A stretch of DNA of 64,000 nucleotides from Octopus bimaculoides (Eukaryota): contig NC_068984.1 of assembly GCF_001194135.2 (NCBI RefSeq), positions 1,829,416 to 1,893,415 of the forward strand, read 5' to 3'. A program made the translations under genes and the position numbers. Every line of letters starts with the position of its first letter. Position 1 is the stretch's first letter. Below the pieces are notes generated by a model. It was not told where the DNA came from. It worked only from the letters and a program-made list of their open reading frames with translations, and made no database searches. Below are positions 1 to 10,790 of the stretch, piece after piece.

Positions 1-116
1 AAAGCAGGACTTAAAAGACCTCTCTAGGTACTGCTATTATGTTAGTCACAACCTGGGCTGATAATGGCTGAAATCAATTTAAGTTATTTAAGTGATGATA
101 GTTGTAGAGAATTAAG

Positions 117-328
117 TGGTAAGCTGGCAGAATCATTAACACACCGGGGAAGTGCTTAGCAGTATTTTGCCCATCACTATGCTCTGAATTCAAATTCTGC
201 TGAGGTTGACTTTGTCTTTCATCCTTTCAGGGTCAATAAATTAAGCACCAGTGAAACACAGGGGTTGATCTAATCGACTAGTCCTCTCTCGACAAATTTC
301 AGGCCTTGTGCCTACAGTAGAAAGGATG
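117..328 (+). mobile_element. tRNA-derived SINE (family with central GGTYGACTTTGCCTTTCATCCTTTC...GATAAATTAAGTACCAG domain)
   Basis: A-box-like AGCTGGCAGAAT and B-box-like GAATTCAAATTC, followed by a central domain that recurs at about 30566-30700 (+) and 40620-40690 (-). Confidence 0.7.
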
Positions 329-934
329 TTTGTAGAAATTGTGTGTAGAATTTGTCTCACACAACCCAATAAAAAATATATATCAAATGTGCTTAGTTCA
401 ATGTCTTGATTTTCATTTTATGTAATTCTTTCATCTAAAACTGGTCAGTTTGGTCGGAACTTCTTTTACTCTGTCCTCACAGAGTTGCAGGAAGAGATTA
501 GACAATGTAAATGACACAAGATTTCTGTATCTAAAATAATTTATAACTCAATAATAACAATTTCTTTGTGTAGTAAATATTGAAAAAAAAAAAAACCTCA
601 TTAAGCATATAATTAAGAAAATCATTAGAAAGAGGAGGTACATGTTTCACTTATTTATTATTCAACAGTTATGGCGACAACAATGGTGTGGTCACAAGTG
701 CTGAAAATGGAAATCTATGTTAAAAACTATCATGTTTCTATTAACATAAATTTCACCATTATTTGTTTTGTAGTAGTAGCAGTAGTAACATCTTTATTTA
801 AATAACAATGTTGTCTTTAATGTTTTAAAAACAATACTGATAAAACAGTCAGCAGCTGAAAGCCTTTCCTATCATTAACTTGGAGAAATTCTTTCTGTAT
901 TTCAGAACGCAAACTTCATCCGAAACGAAACAAA

Positions 935-1343
935 ATGGATGTGAAATACACCCAAGAAACCACACAGGTTTACTACTTTAAATACATGAGAGAATACCGA
1001 GCTGTGGCAGTTCTTTGGGGGATTCTGACTATAATCTGGTGCATCCTTACTGTTGTGGCTTTTGTCCAGCCACAATGGATTGGAGATACTGAGACTAGTC
1101 CAGGCTACGGTCATTTCGGAGTTTATGCCCATTGCTACCCAACCAGTACAACATGGAGGTATGGCTGTAAAGGGTCTTTCACTAATTTTGCTTCAATTCC
1201 AAATGGAGCATTCAAAGCAGTCACATTATTTGTCGGAATAGCTGCTCTGCTCAGTTTGATTTGTGTAGCAGCGCTTCTGCTCTTCTTTTGTTTCAAAAAA
1301 GTTATTGTGTTCAACCTCTGTGGAATCATGGAAATTATTTCAG
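935..1343 (+). CDS. LHFPL3/4/5-like (Tmhs): LHFPL tetraspan gene A, coding exon 1 (409 nt, ends phase 1)
   Basis: Translation MDVKYTQETTQVYYFKYMREYRAVAVLWG...QPQWIGD...GHFGVYAHC...CKGSFTNFASIPNGAFKA...LCGIMEIIS matches the LHFPL family pattern (RA.GVLW, QP.W.GD, G.FGL..YC, F..IPS.AFK). Acceptor TTTCAG at 900-905 just upstream of the ATG; donor CAG|GTAAG at 1343/1344. Confidence 0.95.
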
Positions 1344-1587
1344 GTAAGACAGAAGTTTACTTCTAGAAATTCTGAATACAAAAGAGACTTTTATAGAATG
1401 GTAGTTCATTCTTGTGGTATTGAAGCTATGACCCTTGCATGTTTATTTCATGAGTAGGCTGTTCTGTTGATTGGATAAACTGCAACTTTTATCATCACAA
1501 CTGAACAAGTGCCAATAATATAAACCCACTACACATACATTACTATTTCTATCATGTTCACATCACATTCAGTGCAATATATATATA

Positions 1588-2870
1588 TCATCATCATCAC
1601 TATTTAATGTTCACTTTCCATGCTGGCATGGGTTAGAGTTTGACGAGAACTGGTAAGCCGGAGAGCTGCACCAAGTTCCAGTCTGATTTGGCATGGTTTC
1701 TACAGCTGCATGCCCTTCCTAACACCAACCACTCCAAGAGTGTAATGGGTGCTTTGTACATGCCACCAGCTTGGGTGCCAGTTATGCGATACCAGCATTA
1801 GCCACAATTACAATTTCACTTGGCTTGACGGGTCTTCTCAAGCATGGTATATTGTCAAAGGCTTCCGTCGTTTGTCATTGCCTCTGTGAGGCCCAGCATT
1901 TGATCCTGGGTCTACCTCTTCTACAGGTTTCTTCCACAATTAGAGATTGGCACCTCTTTACATAGCTGTCCTCATCCATATGCATCACATGATCATACCA
2001 GTGCATTCGTCTCTCCTGCACATCACATCTGATGTGTCTTATGCCCAACTTTTCTCTCAAGACGCTTACACTCTGTCATACATGCACACTGACATTGCCC
2101 ATCCATTGAAGCATACTGACTTCATTTCTTTCAAACCATGGCAGTCACAGTCCATGTTTCACTGCTGTGTAGCATGGTTGTTTGCACACAGGCACCATAC
2201 AATCTGCCTTTCACTCTGAGAAAGAAGCCCTTGGTTACCAACAAAAGTAGGAGCTCTCTGACCTTTGCTCAGCCTATTCTAGCAGCTATGCTTTCACAGC
2301 ATCCACTCCTACCACTGACTTGGTCACCTAGGTAACAAAAGCTATTGGCTTCTACTTTCCCCACTGCCATCTAATGGAGGCTATTTTCAGAACATTTTTG
2401 GTGTTTATTGCCCATGTGCACCTTCCACACACAAAAACTATTTTCCTTGTTAGCTTTCCTCTGATATTGCTGCACCTCTTATGTGTCCATAGGTTGCATT
2501 GGGTACATCCTATGGAGTTTCTACCTACACCTTTTCTACAGATCAAACAGGGCCATCTACCTGAAGGGATTTGTAATTTGTCTGCTTACCTACTTACTAA
2601 GACTTTGGTGTTTGCTAGGTTAATTCTAAGGCCCTTTGATTCTAGACCTTCCTTCCATACCGGGAACTTCTTCTCTAGTTCTGATAGTGTTTCAGCTATA
2701 AGAGCAAGGTCATCAGCATAGAGGAACTCCCAGGGGTAACCCATCTTGAAATCCTCTGTTATTGTCTGGGGGACTATGATGAACAAGTGGGGGCTGATAG
2801 AATTTGTGCAGATGCTCTCCCCAAATATTCCTTCACCATTAATTAGCATCATACATCATCAGTCATGTGT
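1588..2870 (-). mobile_element. 5'-truncated RTE-clade LINE (RT domain to 3' tail)
   Basis: Minus-strand remnants WEFLYADDLALIA (RT), CTQCNLWTHKRCS (Zn-finger-like) and RRMHWYDHVMHMDEDSYVKRC..RRGRPR. The 3' UTR ends CCATGCCAGCATGGAAAG..(GAT)n. Confidence 0.85.
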
Positions 2871-2899
2871 TGATTTCTTTGATACAATCAAATTTTGAC

Positions 2900-3620
2900 C
2901 ATTACAGTTTATGTTTCATGCCAGTTGCCATGCATCAGATATTTGTTGATGTGTGCTAAGTTTGGAATTGTATGAGTATGGTTTCCATAATTAATCTTCT
3001 ATTGATGTGCAAAATTTTATAACGTAAGTGTTCTCCTCCAGTATCTTTCTATTTAATTGTCTATTTAATTATCTTTCTATTTAAATGTTTTGTGTGTCAT
3101 AGTGTAAGATTTACATGCTACCAATGCATGATCCCACATGAACATGTTGTAATGTTTGATTAATCCTATTTGTGACAATAATTGTTCAAACTTGCTCCAA
3201 GAGTCAATGATAGAGGCACTTTCGTGCTTGTTGAGTTTATCTTCAATTCGTAATGCTCCTTTATAGCATTACCAGCATTTGGAATTCTGGAAATTCTATT
3301 GTTTATTTTTCTGGGCCTTAAGTCCTCTGGAACAGATTAATGAGTTCATTCTTGTCAATATTCATAGTTTCACTGAGATCATCATTACTCTTTCTTGCCA
3401 TTAATCCTCAGATTGTTAAAATGGAACTGTCACCAATTACAATATCTGACAGGTAGAGGATGGTGAGTGCTTGACAACATTTTAGGAGAAGGGGTGCCCA
3501 GTCTTGGTCCTTTTTTAAATCAGGACTGTAAAAGAGGTTGAGCTGCAGAAAGATAAGCTTTGCAAATGGGGACTGCATCCATTGCCTGTTTAGGGATTTT
3601 GTCATTCATACTGCACCCTC
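2900..3620 (-). mobile_element. Degenerate CR1/L2-type LINE RT remnant
   Basis: Frameshifted resemblance to the PQG.VLGPLLF RT motif (DQDWAPLLL in ORF 3408-3605); heavily decayed. Confidence 0.35.
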
Positions 3621-3849
3621 AGTAGAGGTTTGTGCATCAACAGTTATGGCACACAAAGTAGTCTGTTCAAAAGATGTTGGCAGCAGATGGACCAGCTAAG
3701 CAGTAGCATCAATCCCATCTACAAGAAGCAGTAAAACACATGTTGGTCAGTTGAAAGCTAGGGCAAGGCATGATGGTCAGCCAGTAAATTATAATGGAGA
3801 CAATGTATGCATTTGCCTTTCAGAAATTGTTTTTCCTCAAATCCATTTC

Positions 3850-4125
3850 TGGGTGTGATTGGCCATCCTGTTCTATAACATTGTCCCTGTTTCTATCCAC
3901 CTGGAACATCTAGTACTAAACGAGATTCCTCCCGCCTTTCTTAACCAGTCGGTCTAATCAGTGTTCCACAATGGCATGGCCATGCCTCTACGGGAGCTGA
4001 GTTACAAGCCTCAATTTCCGTAGGTTAATTTTTGCATCCGTCACCATCTTGTATTCCTTTAGAAAAGTGCTGACCATGTCAACTTCTGTGGTGTCTGATG
4101 GCATTATGGTGACATTGTCCATGAT
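3850..4125 (-). mobile_element. Degenerate Tx1/L1 RT C-terminal remnant
   Basis: Minus translation MDNVTIMPSDTTEVDMVSTFLKEYKMVTDAKINLRK resembles L1/Tx1 YADD.T.......L..Y..VTGAKIN..K. Confidence 0.5.
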
Positions 4126-4380
4126 GATGATGATGATAACAAATAAAGAAAAAGGTGTAAAGTCTTACAGCGTACAACTTCTTTGAAAGTCAAAACCATT
4201 TATCAACCATCTATCTTTGACCAAATGCATTGTGTTTATGTATCTGTTGTGGTACTACCACACAACTGCAACTACTGTTGCACAACTAACAACTACCACC
4301 ACACCACCACCATTTAACAATGTTCTAATTCTAGATTATGCCAAATTTCAATTTACCAGTGTCTTCAATCTTCCTTTCAG

Positions 4381-4620
4381 CTGTGCTGTTGTTTCTGGCG
4401 TGTATTATTTACCCAAGTGGATGGGACCTGACCACAGTTAAAGACATGTGTGGTCCCAATTCAGGTCCTTACAAACTGGGCAAATGTGGAATCCGATGGG
4501 CTTATATTTTAGCTATTCTTGGTATAATTGATGCTATCTTACTGGCCATTTTAGCCTTTATTTTGGCCAGCAAAAGAACAAAACCTGATGATTACAGCGT
4601 GACAGGAAAAATCACAAGAG
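4381..4620 (+). CDS. LHFPL3/4/5-like (Tmhs): LHFPL tetraspan gene A, coding exon 2 (240 nt, phase 1-1)
   Basis: Acceptor CTTTCAG|CT at 4380/4381, donor GAG|GTAAAT at 4620/4621. Encodes (A)VLLFLACIIYPSGWDLTTVKDMCGPNSGPYKLGKCGIRWAYILAILGIIDAILLAILAFILASKR, the family YP.GWD...C...Y.LG.C.IRWAY.LA motif. Joining restores a gap-free alignment LCGIMEIISAVLLFLACIIYPSGW. Confidence 0.95.
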
Positions 4621-5176
4621 GTAAATATATATAAGTTTTCTCTCTCTCTCTTTGTTTCTTTAATTCTCCATTTATATTGATCTGCTCATCCACTCCCTAT
4701 CTTTAATCATCTCTTGCAATGGCTACATTAGTTCCCGTTTTTTTTACCCCCAGCCACCCACTTACCAATATAAATATTTGATTAACCTGCCTCTAATTTA
4801 GAATAAAAATAAGGAATTTCATCCATTAAACTCTGTACTAAAGAGTTTGCTTTTTTTTTTTTTAACCAATCCTCTCTCCACACAACCAGGAACTTTTAGC
4901 ACTCCCACCTTGGCCAGGTTTTCCTTGTATCCATCACTTTACTAAACCAATCCATGATAAAACTATCTGAAGTCTGTAAGAGACAACCCTTCATTAGTCT
5001 CTTCTCTCTTAGAACCATGGCGAACCTTTAATTTAATCTTAATTAAATATATCATCTCACTTGCTGCCAGTAATGATGGTTGATATAAAAATAGAGAAAG
5101 TTTAGGAATTGTTTTTTGGAAATCTGATGAAATTTTGCTTCTTACAAGTTTGTTGTTTTTTTTTTTCTATTTTCAG

Positions 5177-5331
5177 CTGAGCTGTATCCTAACTACAATG
5201 ACACAATGCGTTCACAGGCGACAATTATCCGACCCACCATGATGTCCGTTCCTGATATTGGAGATACATACTCAGAATATTCCCATCTTTCAAATAAGAA
5301 ATCCCTTATCAATTTTGGCTTCCAGTTATAA
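5177..5331 (+). CDS. LHFPL3/4/5-like (Tmhs): LHFPL tetraspan gene A, coding exon 3 (C-terminal tail, stop TAA)
   Basis: Long polypyrimidine tract plus TTTCAG| at 5176/5177. Phase-1 join reads AELYPNYNDTMRSQATIIRPTMMSVPDIGDTYSEYSHLSNKKSLINFGFQL*. Shares the SEYSH motif with gene B exon 3. Possible AATAAA at about 5548. Confidence 0.85.
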
Positions 5332-6849
5332 AAACAAACTTTCTTCTTTTTAACAATTCCTCAACTTGAAACAACGAAAATCTTACTAACAATCTATTTT
5401 TACACAAGCTTCCCTTAAAAACACTTTCAGAACATATTTCAAACTATTTACATTCTCAATAAGGTTTATATATTTGACTTGAGTAGTCATTTGTCTTCTT
5501 CATATGTGTGTGTGTGTGTGTGTGTCACGTGAATGCTCCAAGCTTACAATAAATGCATAGAGAAGGCCTGGTGAAGAGAGCTGGAGTGACCCTCCTGTGT
5601 ATGTAATTGTATACTTTTCTATGCGAATGTTTAGAGTTGTAATGTGTATGCGTGTACATGTATGTTACTCTTTTTTTTATACTGAAACTAAAAGTTTGTA
5701 TCACAATTTGAGTTTCATGCCCCAGCAATCTTCAGGTGAGAACACAGTGGCAAGAAACTGGAGTCGTCTGGAAAAACAACTACAAGAAAGAGCAAACCAT
5801 GGAATAAAGGAGAAACAAATCATCCACTAATAGACAAAGAATTTACTGTAAAGCTGCACGGGAACATAAAACATACACACACACACACACACAAAACTTT
5901 AAGTAGGAAGTAAATATTTTAATGTATTTCACAATAACAATAAGAATATATAGATTACAATTAACAACTATTAAAAATATGCCGTTTATAATTTCGTTTT
6001 TAATCTAAAATATTCATTTGCTGTTTTAGTTTTACATTCATTTTTCCATGCTAGCATGGGTTAGAAGAATTCATATTATTGGGGCATTGTCTAACACAAC
6101 CAAATGCCTTTCCTGTTACTGGTTTTTCAAGTTAGGAATTTCTCTTTATTCTGCATGTCTTTGGGAAGCTCAGACTTGAACAATCAGTTGACAAGGAATG
6201 ACAACCAATTTCACAATTTGTAACTTAACAGTTTTTTTTAATGTGAAACACAGATTGTAAACATTTATACACACACACACACACAAACACATTCATCTGT
6301 ACGTGTGTCTATATATGTATATGCATATCATATATATATATACCCACATAAACAGATTCTATATAGTTTCCAGTACATCACATGCTAAACATAGGAAGTG
6401 AAGTAAAATCATTTGTTAAAATATCCCACACAAAGACCCTATTGCTGAAGCAGTCCTTATATGATGCTGTGGGGACAAAAATAAGTGTCATGCAGGAGTT
6501 TGAGAGCAAATAACGGAAACGGTACCACAAATGTAGAAGGTACCTTTGTCATATGATTCCAACAGCAATCAATATTTGTGGAGACAAATGATGATAAATT
6601 TCACATTCTTAATCTTTTTGCCAGTTATTAACAACAACAACAACAAGAATAATATTAATAATAATAATAATAATAATAATAATGATAATAATAATCATCC
6701 TAAATGTTTTTTGTAAAAGGCATCAATAATATTAATAATTGGAAAACTTATCTTTTTAAAAGTTTACATCTGCAAATGTTTAAATTTGATTTAATTTTCT
6801 AATAAATATTTACCATTTTCTATTGTTCTTTTTATGGGTGCATTTTTTC

Positions 6850-7530
6850 TTTTGCAAGACACTCGGTGACCCTGTTGGTGATGACACCACGTAAACTGCA
6901 TTTGTGCCAGTGCCATGTAAAAGCACCCAATACTCTTTGTAATGTAGTTGGCATTAGGAAGGCCACCCAGCTCTAGAAAGCACGATAAAACAGACAAGAG
7001 AGCCTGGTATGGCTTCCCCCACTCCTGCCTTGACAGCTCTTGTCAAAATGTCCAACCCATACCAGCATGGAAAAGGGAGGATAAATGATGATGATTTCTT
7101 CCTTTACAGTTTTGTTACACTATTATTGTTCTCAACTATCAATGTCTAATCAGAAAATGATAGGGGCATTATCATCATCATCATCATCATCGTTTAACAT
7201 CCGCTTTCCATGCTGGCATGGGTTGGACGGTTTGACTGGGGACTGGTGAGCCAGATAGCTGCACCACGCCCCTATCTGATCTGGCAGAGTTTTTACAGCT
7301 GGATGCCCTTCCTAACGCCAAGCACTCTGAGAGTGTAGTGGGTGCTTTTTATGTGCCACCGGCATGAGGGCCAGTACTGGCATCGACAATGCTAAAAAGG
7401 TGTTTTTTATGAGCTACTTGCATATTTGAACCACTTCCCGAACTTTCAGCACCTCTCCTCATCTACATACCGGCACTCCACCAGGATTACCACTGGATCC
7501 ACTGACTCTACCTTCATGGATTTCACTGGG

Positions 7531-7571
<41 letters not shown>

Positions 7572-9545
7572 TGCCTGACTGGCCCTCGTGCTGGTGGCAC
7601 GTAAAAGCACCTGCTACACTTTCGGAATGGTTGGCGTTAGGAAGGGCATCCAGCTGTAGAAACTCTGCCAGATCAGATTGGAGACTGGTGCAGCCTCCTG
7701 GTCCAACCCATGCCAGCATGGAAAGCGGACGTTAAACGATGATGATGATGATACACACACACACACACACAGGTGAGCATATAAGTGCAAAACAAGCTGG
7801 AAAAAATAGTACTTGAATACTGAAGGTAGAGTGATATACCTTTTATTAAAATGGCTGTTACTCAGAGTTTCACGTTGCCATTCGTTGGACAGTTGGGAAC
7901 GGGAAACTGAGTAACAGTTCTGTAATAATTTTGCTGTTTTAATAAACAGTATATATATCATTATTTGATGTCTGCTTTCCAAGCTGGCATGGGTTGGATG
8001 GTTCAATAGGAGCTGGCCAGCTAAAGGGCTGTTCAGGCACCATGTTTATTTTGGCATGGTTTCTATGGCTGGATGCCCTTCCAAACTCATACACTTACAC
8101 ATATATATATAAATAATTGAGGAGGGAAACAGAAGGTGGATGTGGTACACTGAATACGCACATGAGAGAGTACAACATGCCTGGAGGAATTCTGTATATG
8201 TAGAAGGATATCTTTTATACCAAACACCTGAGGAGGCACACACTGCACTGATTAATGCAACACAATTAGATGCACAATATCTTACCTGTCGTGTTGAATA
8301 CAGATTCGCACCAAATCCATTTTCTGTTTCTCTTATCGACTATAAATTAAACAAACAATGCAGAATTCTTGATGTAGATCCAGTGAATATTATGTCATAA
8401 CTGTGGATGACATCAGGTAGCCCAAACTGTGGAGGGGCTTTAATAGACATACTAATAGACATATACCTAAAGTCCAAATAATTACTTCTATATATAGGTG
8501 CAGGTGTGGCAAGAAGCTTGCTTCCAAACTGCATGGTTCTGGCTTCAGTCCCACTGCGTGACACCTTAGGCAAGTGTCTTCTACTATAGCCTTGGGCTGA
8601 CTAAAACCTCGTGAGTGGATTTCTCTCACTGGACGGAACAGTAAACTTTGTTTTCTCTTTTGTTTTATCTTTGTTTTATTTTTTGTTTCAGTCATTAGAC
8701 TGTGACCATGCTGGAGCACTGCCATCAAGAATTTTCAGTCGCATGAATCAACCCCAGGACTTATTTTCTTTACTTTATTCTATCGGTCCCTTTTGCTGAA
8801 CCATTAATTCATGTGGATGTAAACACACCAACACCGGTTGTTAAGCAGTGGTGTGGGACAAACACAGACACACATATCTATCTCATCATCATGGGCAAGT
8901 GTTTTCTACTATAGCTTCAGGCCGACCAAAGCTTTGTGAGTGGATTTGGTAGACAGAAACTGAAAGAAGCCCGTTATATATAAATGTATGTATGTGTGCC
9001 GGTGTAAAAGAACCCACTACACTCTCGGAGTGGTTGGCGTTAGAAAGGGCATCCAGCTGTAGAAACTCTGCCAGATCAGATTGGAGCCTGGTGTAGCCAT
9101 CTGATTCCCCTGTCCCCAGTCAAATCGTCCAACCCATGCCAGCATGGAAAGCGGACGTTAAACGATGATGACATGGGTTGGATGGTTCAATAGGAGCTGG
9201 CCAGCTAAAGGGCGAGAGTGTAGTGGGTGCTTTTACGTGCCACCGGCACAAGGGCCAATCAGGCGGAACTGGCAACGACCTTGCTTGAATGTTTTTTGTC
9301 ACGTGCCACTGGCACAAGAGAACATGATTGATGCCAGGACTGCATGACTGGCTCCTGTGCTTGTAGCACATAAAAATCACCCACTACACACTCGGAGTGG
9401 TTGGCATTAGGAAAGGGATCCAGCTGTAGAAACACTGCCAGATCAGACTGGAGCCTGGGGCAGCCTCCTGGCTCTCCAGACCCCAGTCGAACCGTCCAAC
9501 CCATGCCAGCATGGAAAACGAACGTTAAATGATGATGATGATGAT
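6850..9545. mobile_element. Cluster of about 7 RTE-tail SINE-like repeats in both orientations
   Basis: Recurrent CAGCTGGATGCCCTTCCTAACGCCAACCAC and CCAACCCATGCCAGCATGGAAAGCGGACGTTAAACGATGATG at about 6850-7090, 7170-7380, 7570-7750, 7960-8080, 9000-9170, 9170-9300, 9370-9545. Also at about 15380-15560 and 38300-38410. Confidence 0.85.
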
Positions 9546-10049
9546 GATAATATATATATGCACACACACACATACATAGAGGGTCACACACCATGGGAGA
9601 TATCAAGTATGCTTTATTAGCAATGAAGTAGGCAATCCATTACAAATGTTCAAAGTGTTGGCCATGGAGCTCTAAACAAGTGTTCATACGGAATTTGAAA
9701 TTGTAATGAACCCCCTCAAATAGCTCTTCATTGCCTTTGACTTGTTCACACGCTTCAACAATTCTACTGTCCTTTTCTTGCTTCAAGTCATAAGAAGGTA
9801 TTGCGCTGCTACTCAGGCCAGTTCAACCAACACACTATGCATTAGTCAGGACTGCAGCTGCCAATGGCCTCTCATTTTCTCCATTTTTATCCTCCCTTGA
9901 CCACTTCATGACAAAAAAACTGAGACATTAAACTAAACTAAAAATATGTAAAATAGTCGAGACTTTCATGGGAGTTTCCAGAGGGAACAAACAAGGGAGA
10001 TAACCAACACACATACAGCTGGCTTCAGTGAAGTTTACAACTTCAATTT

Positions 10050-10320
10050 TTTTTTTCCTTGTTTCAATCATCTGACTGCGGCCATGCTGGAGCACCGTCT
10101 TTAGTCGAACAAATTGACCCCAGGACATTCTTTGTAAGCCTAGTACTTATTCTATTGGTCTCTTTTACTGAACCGCTATGTTATGGGGGACATAAACACA
10201 CCAACATTGGTTGTCAAGTAATAGTGGGGGGGGGGGCAAACATAGACACATACACATATATACAATGTGTTTCTTTCAGTTTCTATCTATCAAATCCACT
10301 CACAAGACTTTATTCAGTCT
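10050..10320 (-). mobile_element. tRNA-derived SINE family A (tail GGTGCTCCAGCATGGCCGCAGTCAAATGACTGAAAC)
   Basis: Reverse complement of the family seen near full length at 28985-29340 and 46657-47165. Other pieces at about 8497-8990, 11755-11900, 45510-45660, 46470-46630, 53655-53860, 58470-58510. Confidence 0.8.
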
Positions 10321-10449
10321 GAGGCTCGTATACATACATACAGACACACACCTCATATATATCTATAAAACGAAGCTTGAAATTTCGAAAAAATATAATC
10401 GTACTCTACACACTCTAAAAGACATTTGAAGAAAATTTCATTTAAATAT

Positions 10450-10790
10450 CCACATTTTTCTGAAAGATACGAGGAAGCAAAGCCAACTCGTGTGAATATT
10501 ACGAAACTCGCTACCCAACCTTCGGAAAAAAAAAAATTACATTAAATTCTGATATAATCGTAATCTGCACCATCTGGAGTATATTTGTAGAAAATTTTTT
10601 AAGTACCCATTTTTCTGGAAGTTAGAGGAAACAAAATCGGGAGTGAAGTGGGGGGAGGCGCAGTAGTGTAAAATATTAAAATATTGTAGGCCCTGGCTGA
10701 GCTGTTTAGTCAGTTTGTATCCAATTTGCACAGGATAACATTGACGGAATGTCCTGAACAAACAGGGACGTATTTTAAGCATGTATTTTT
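10450..10790 (-). mobile_element. Tc1/mariner transposase C-terminal remnant
   Basis: SPHFTPDFVSSNFQKNGYLKNF resembles SPDL.P.DFFLWGYLK; decayed. Confidence 0.4.

Noticed and set aside
1344-1366. ORF-track C-terminal extensions of exon ORFs (GKTEVYF; also 34708-34745, 4621-4634, 44648-44697)
   Set aside because: These are read-through into introns past consensus GT donors; homology continues in the next exon.
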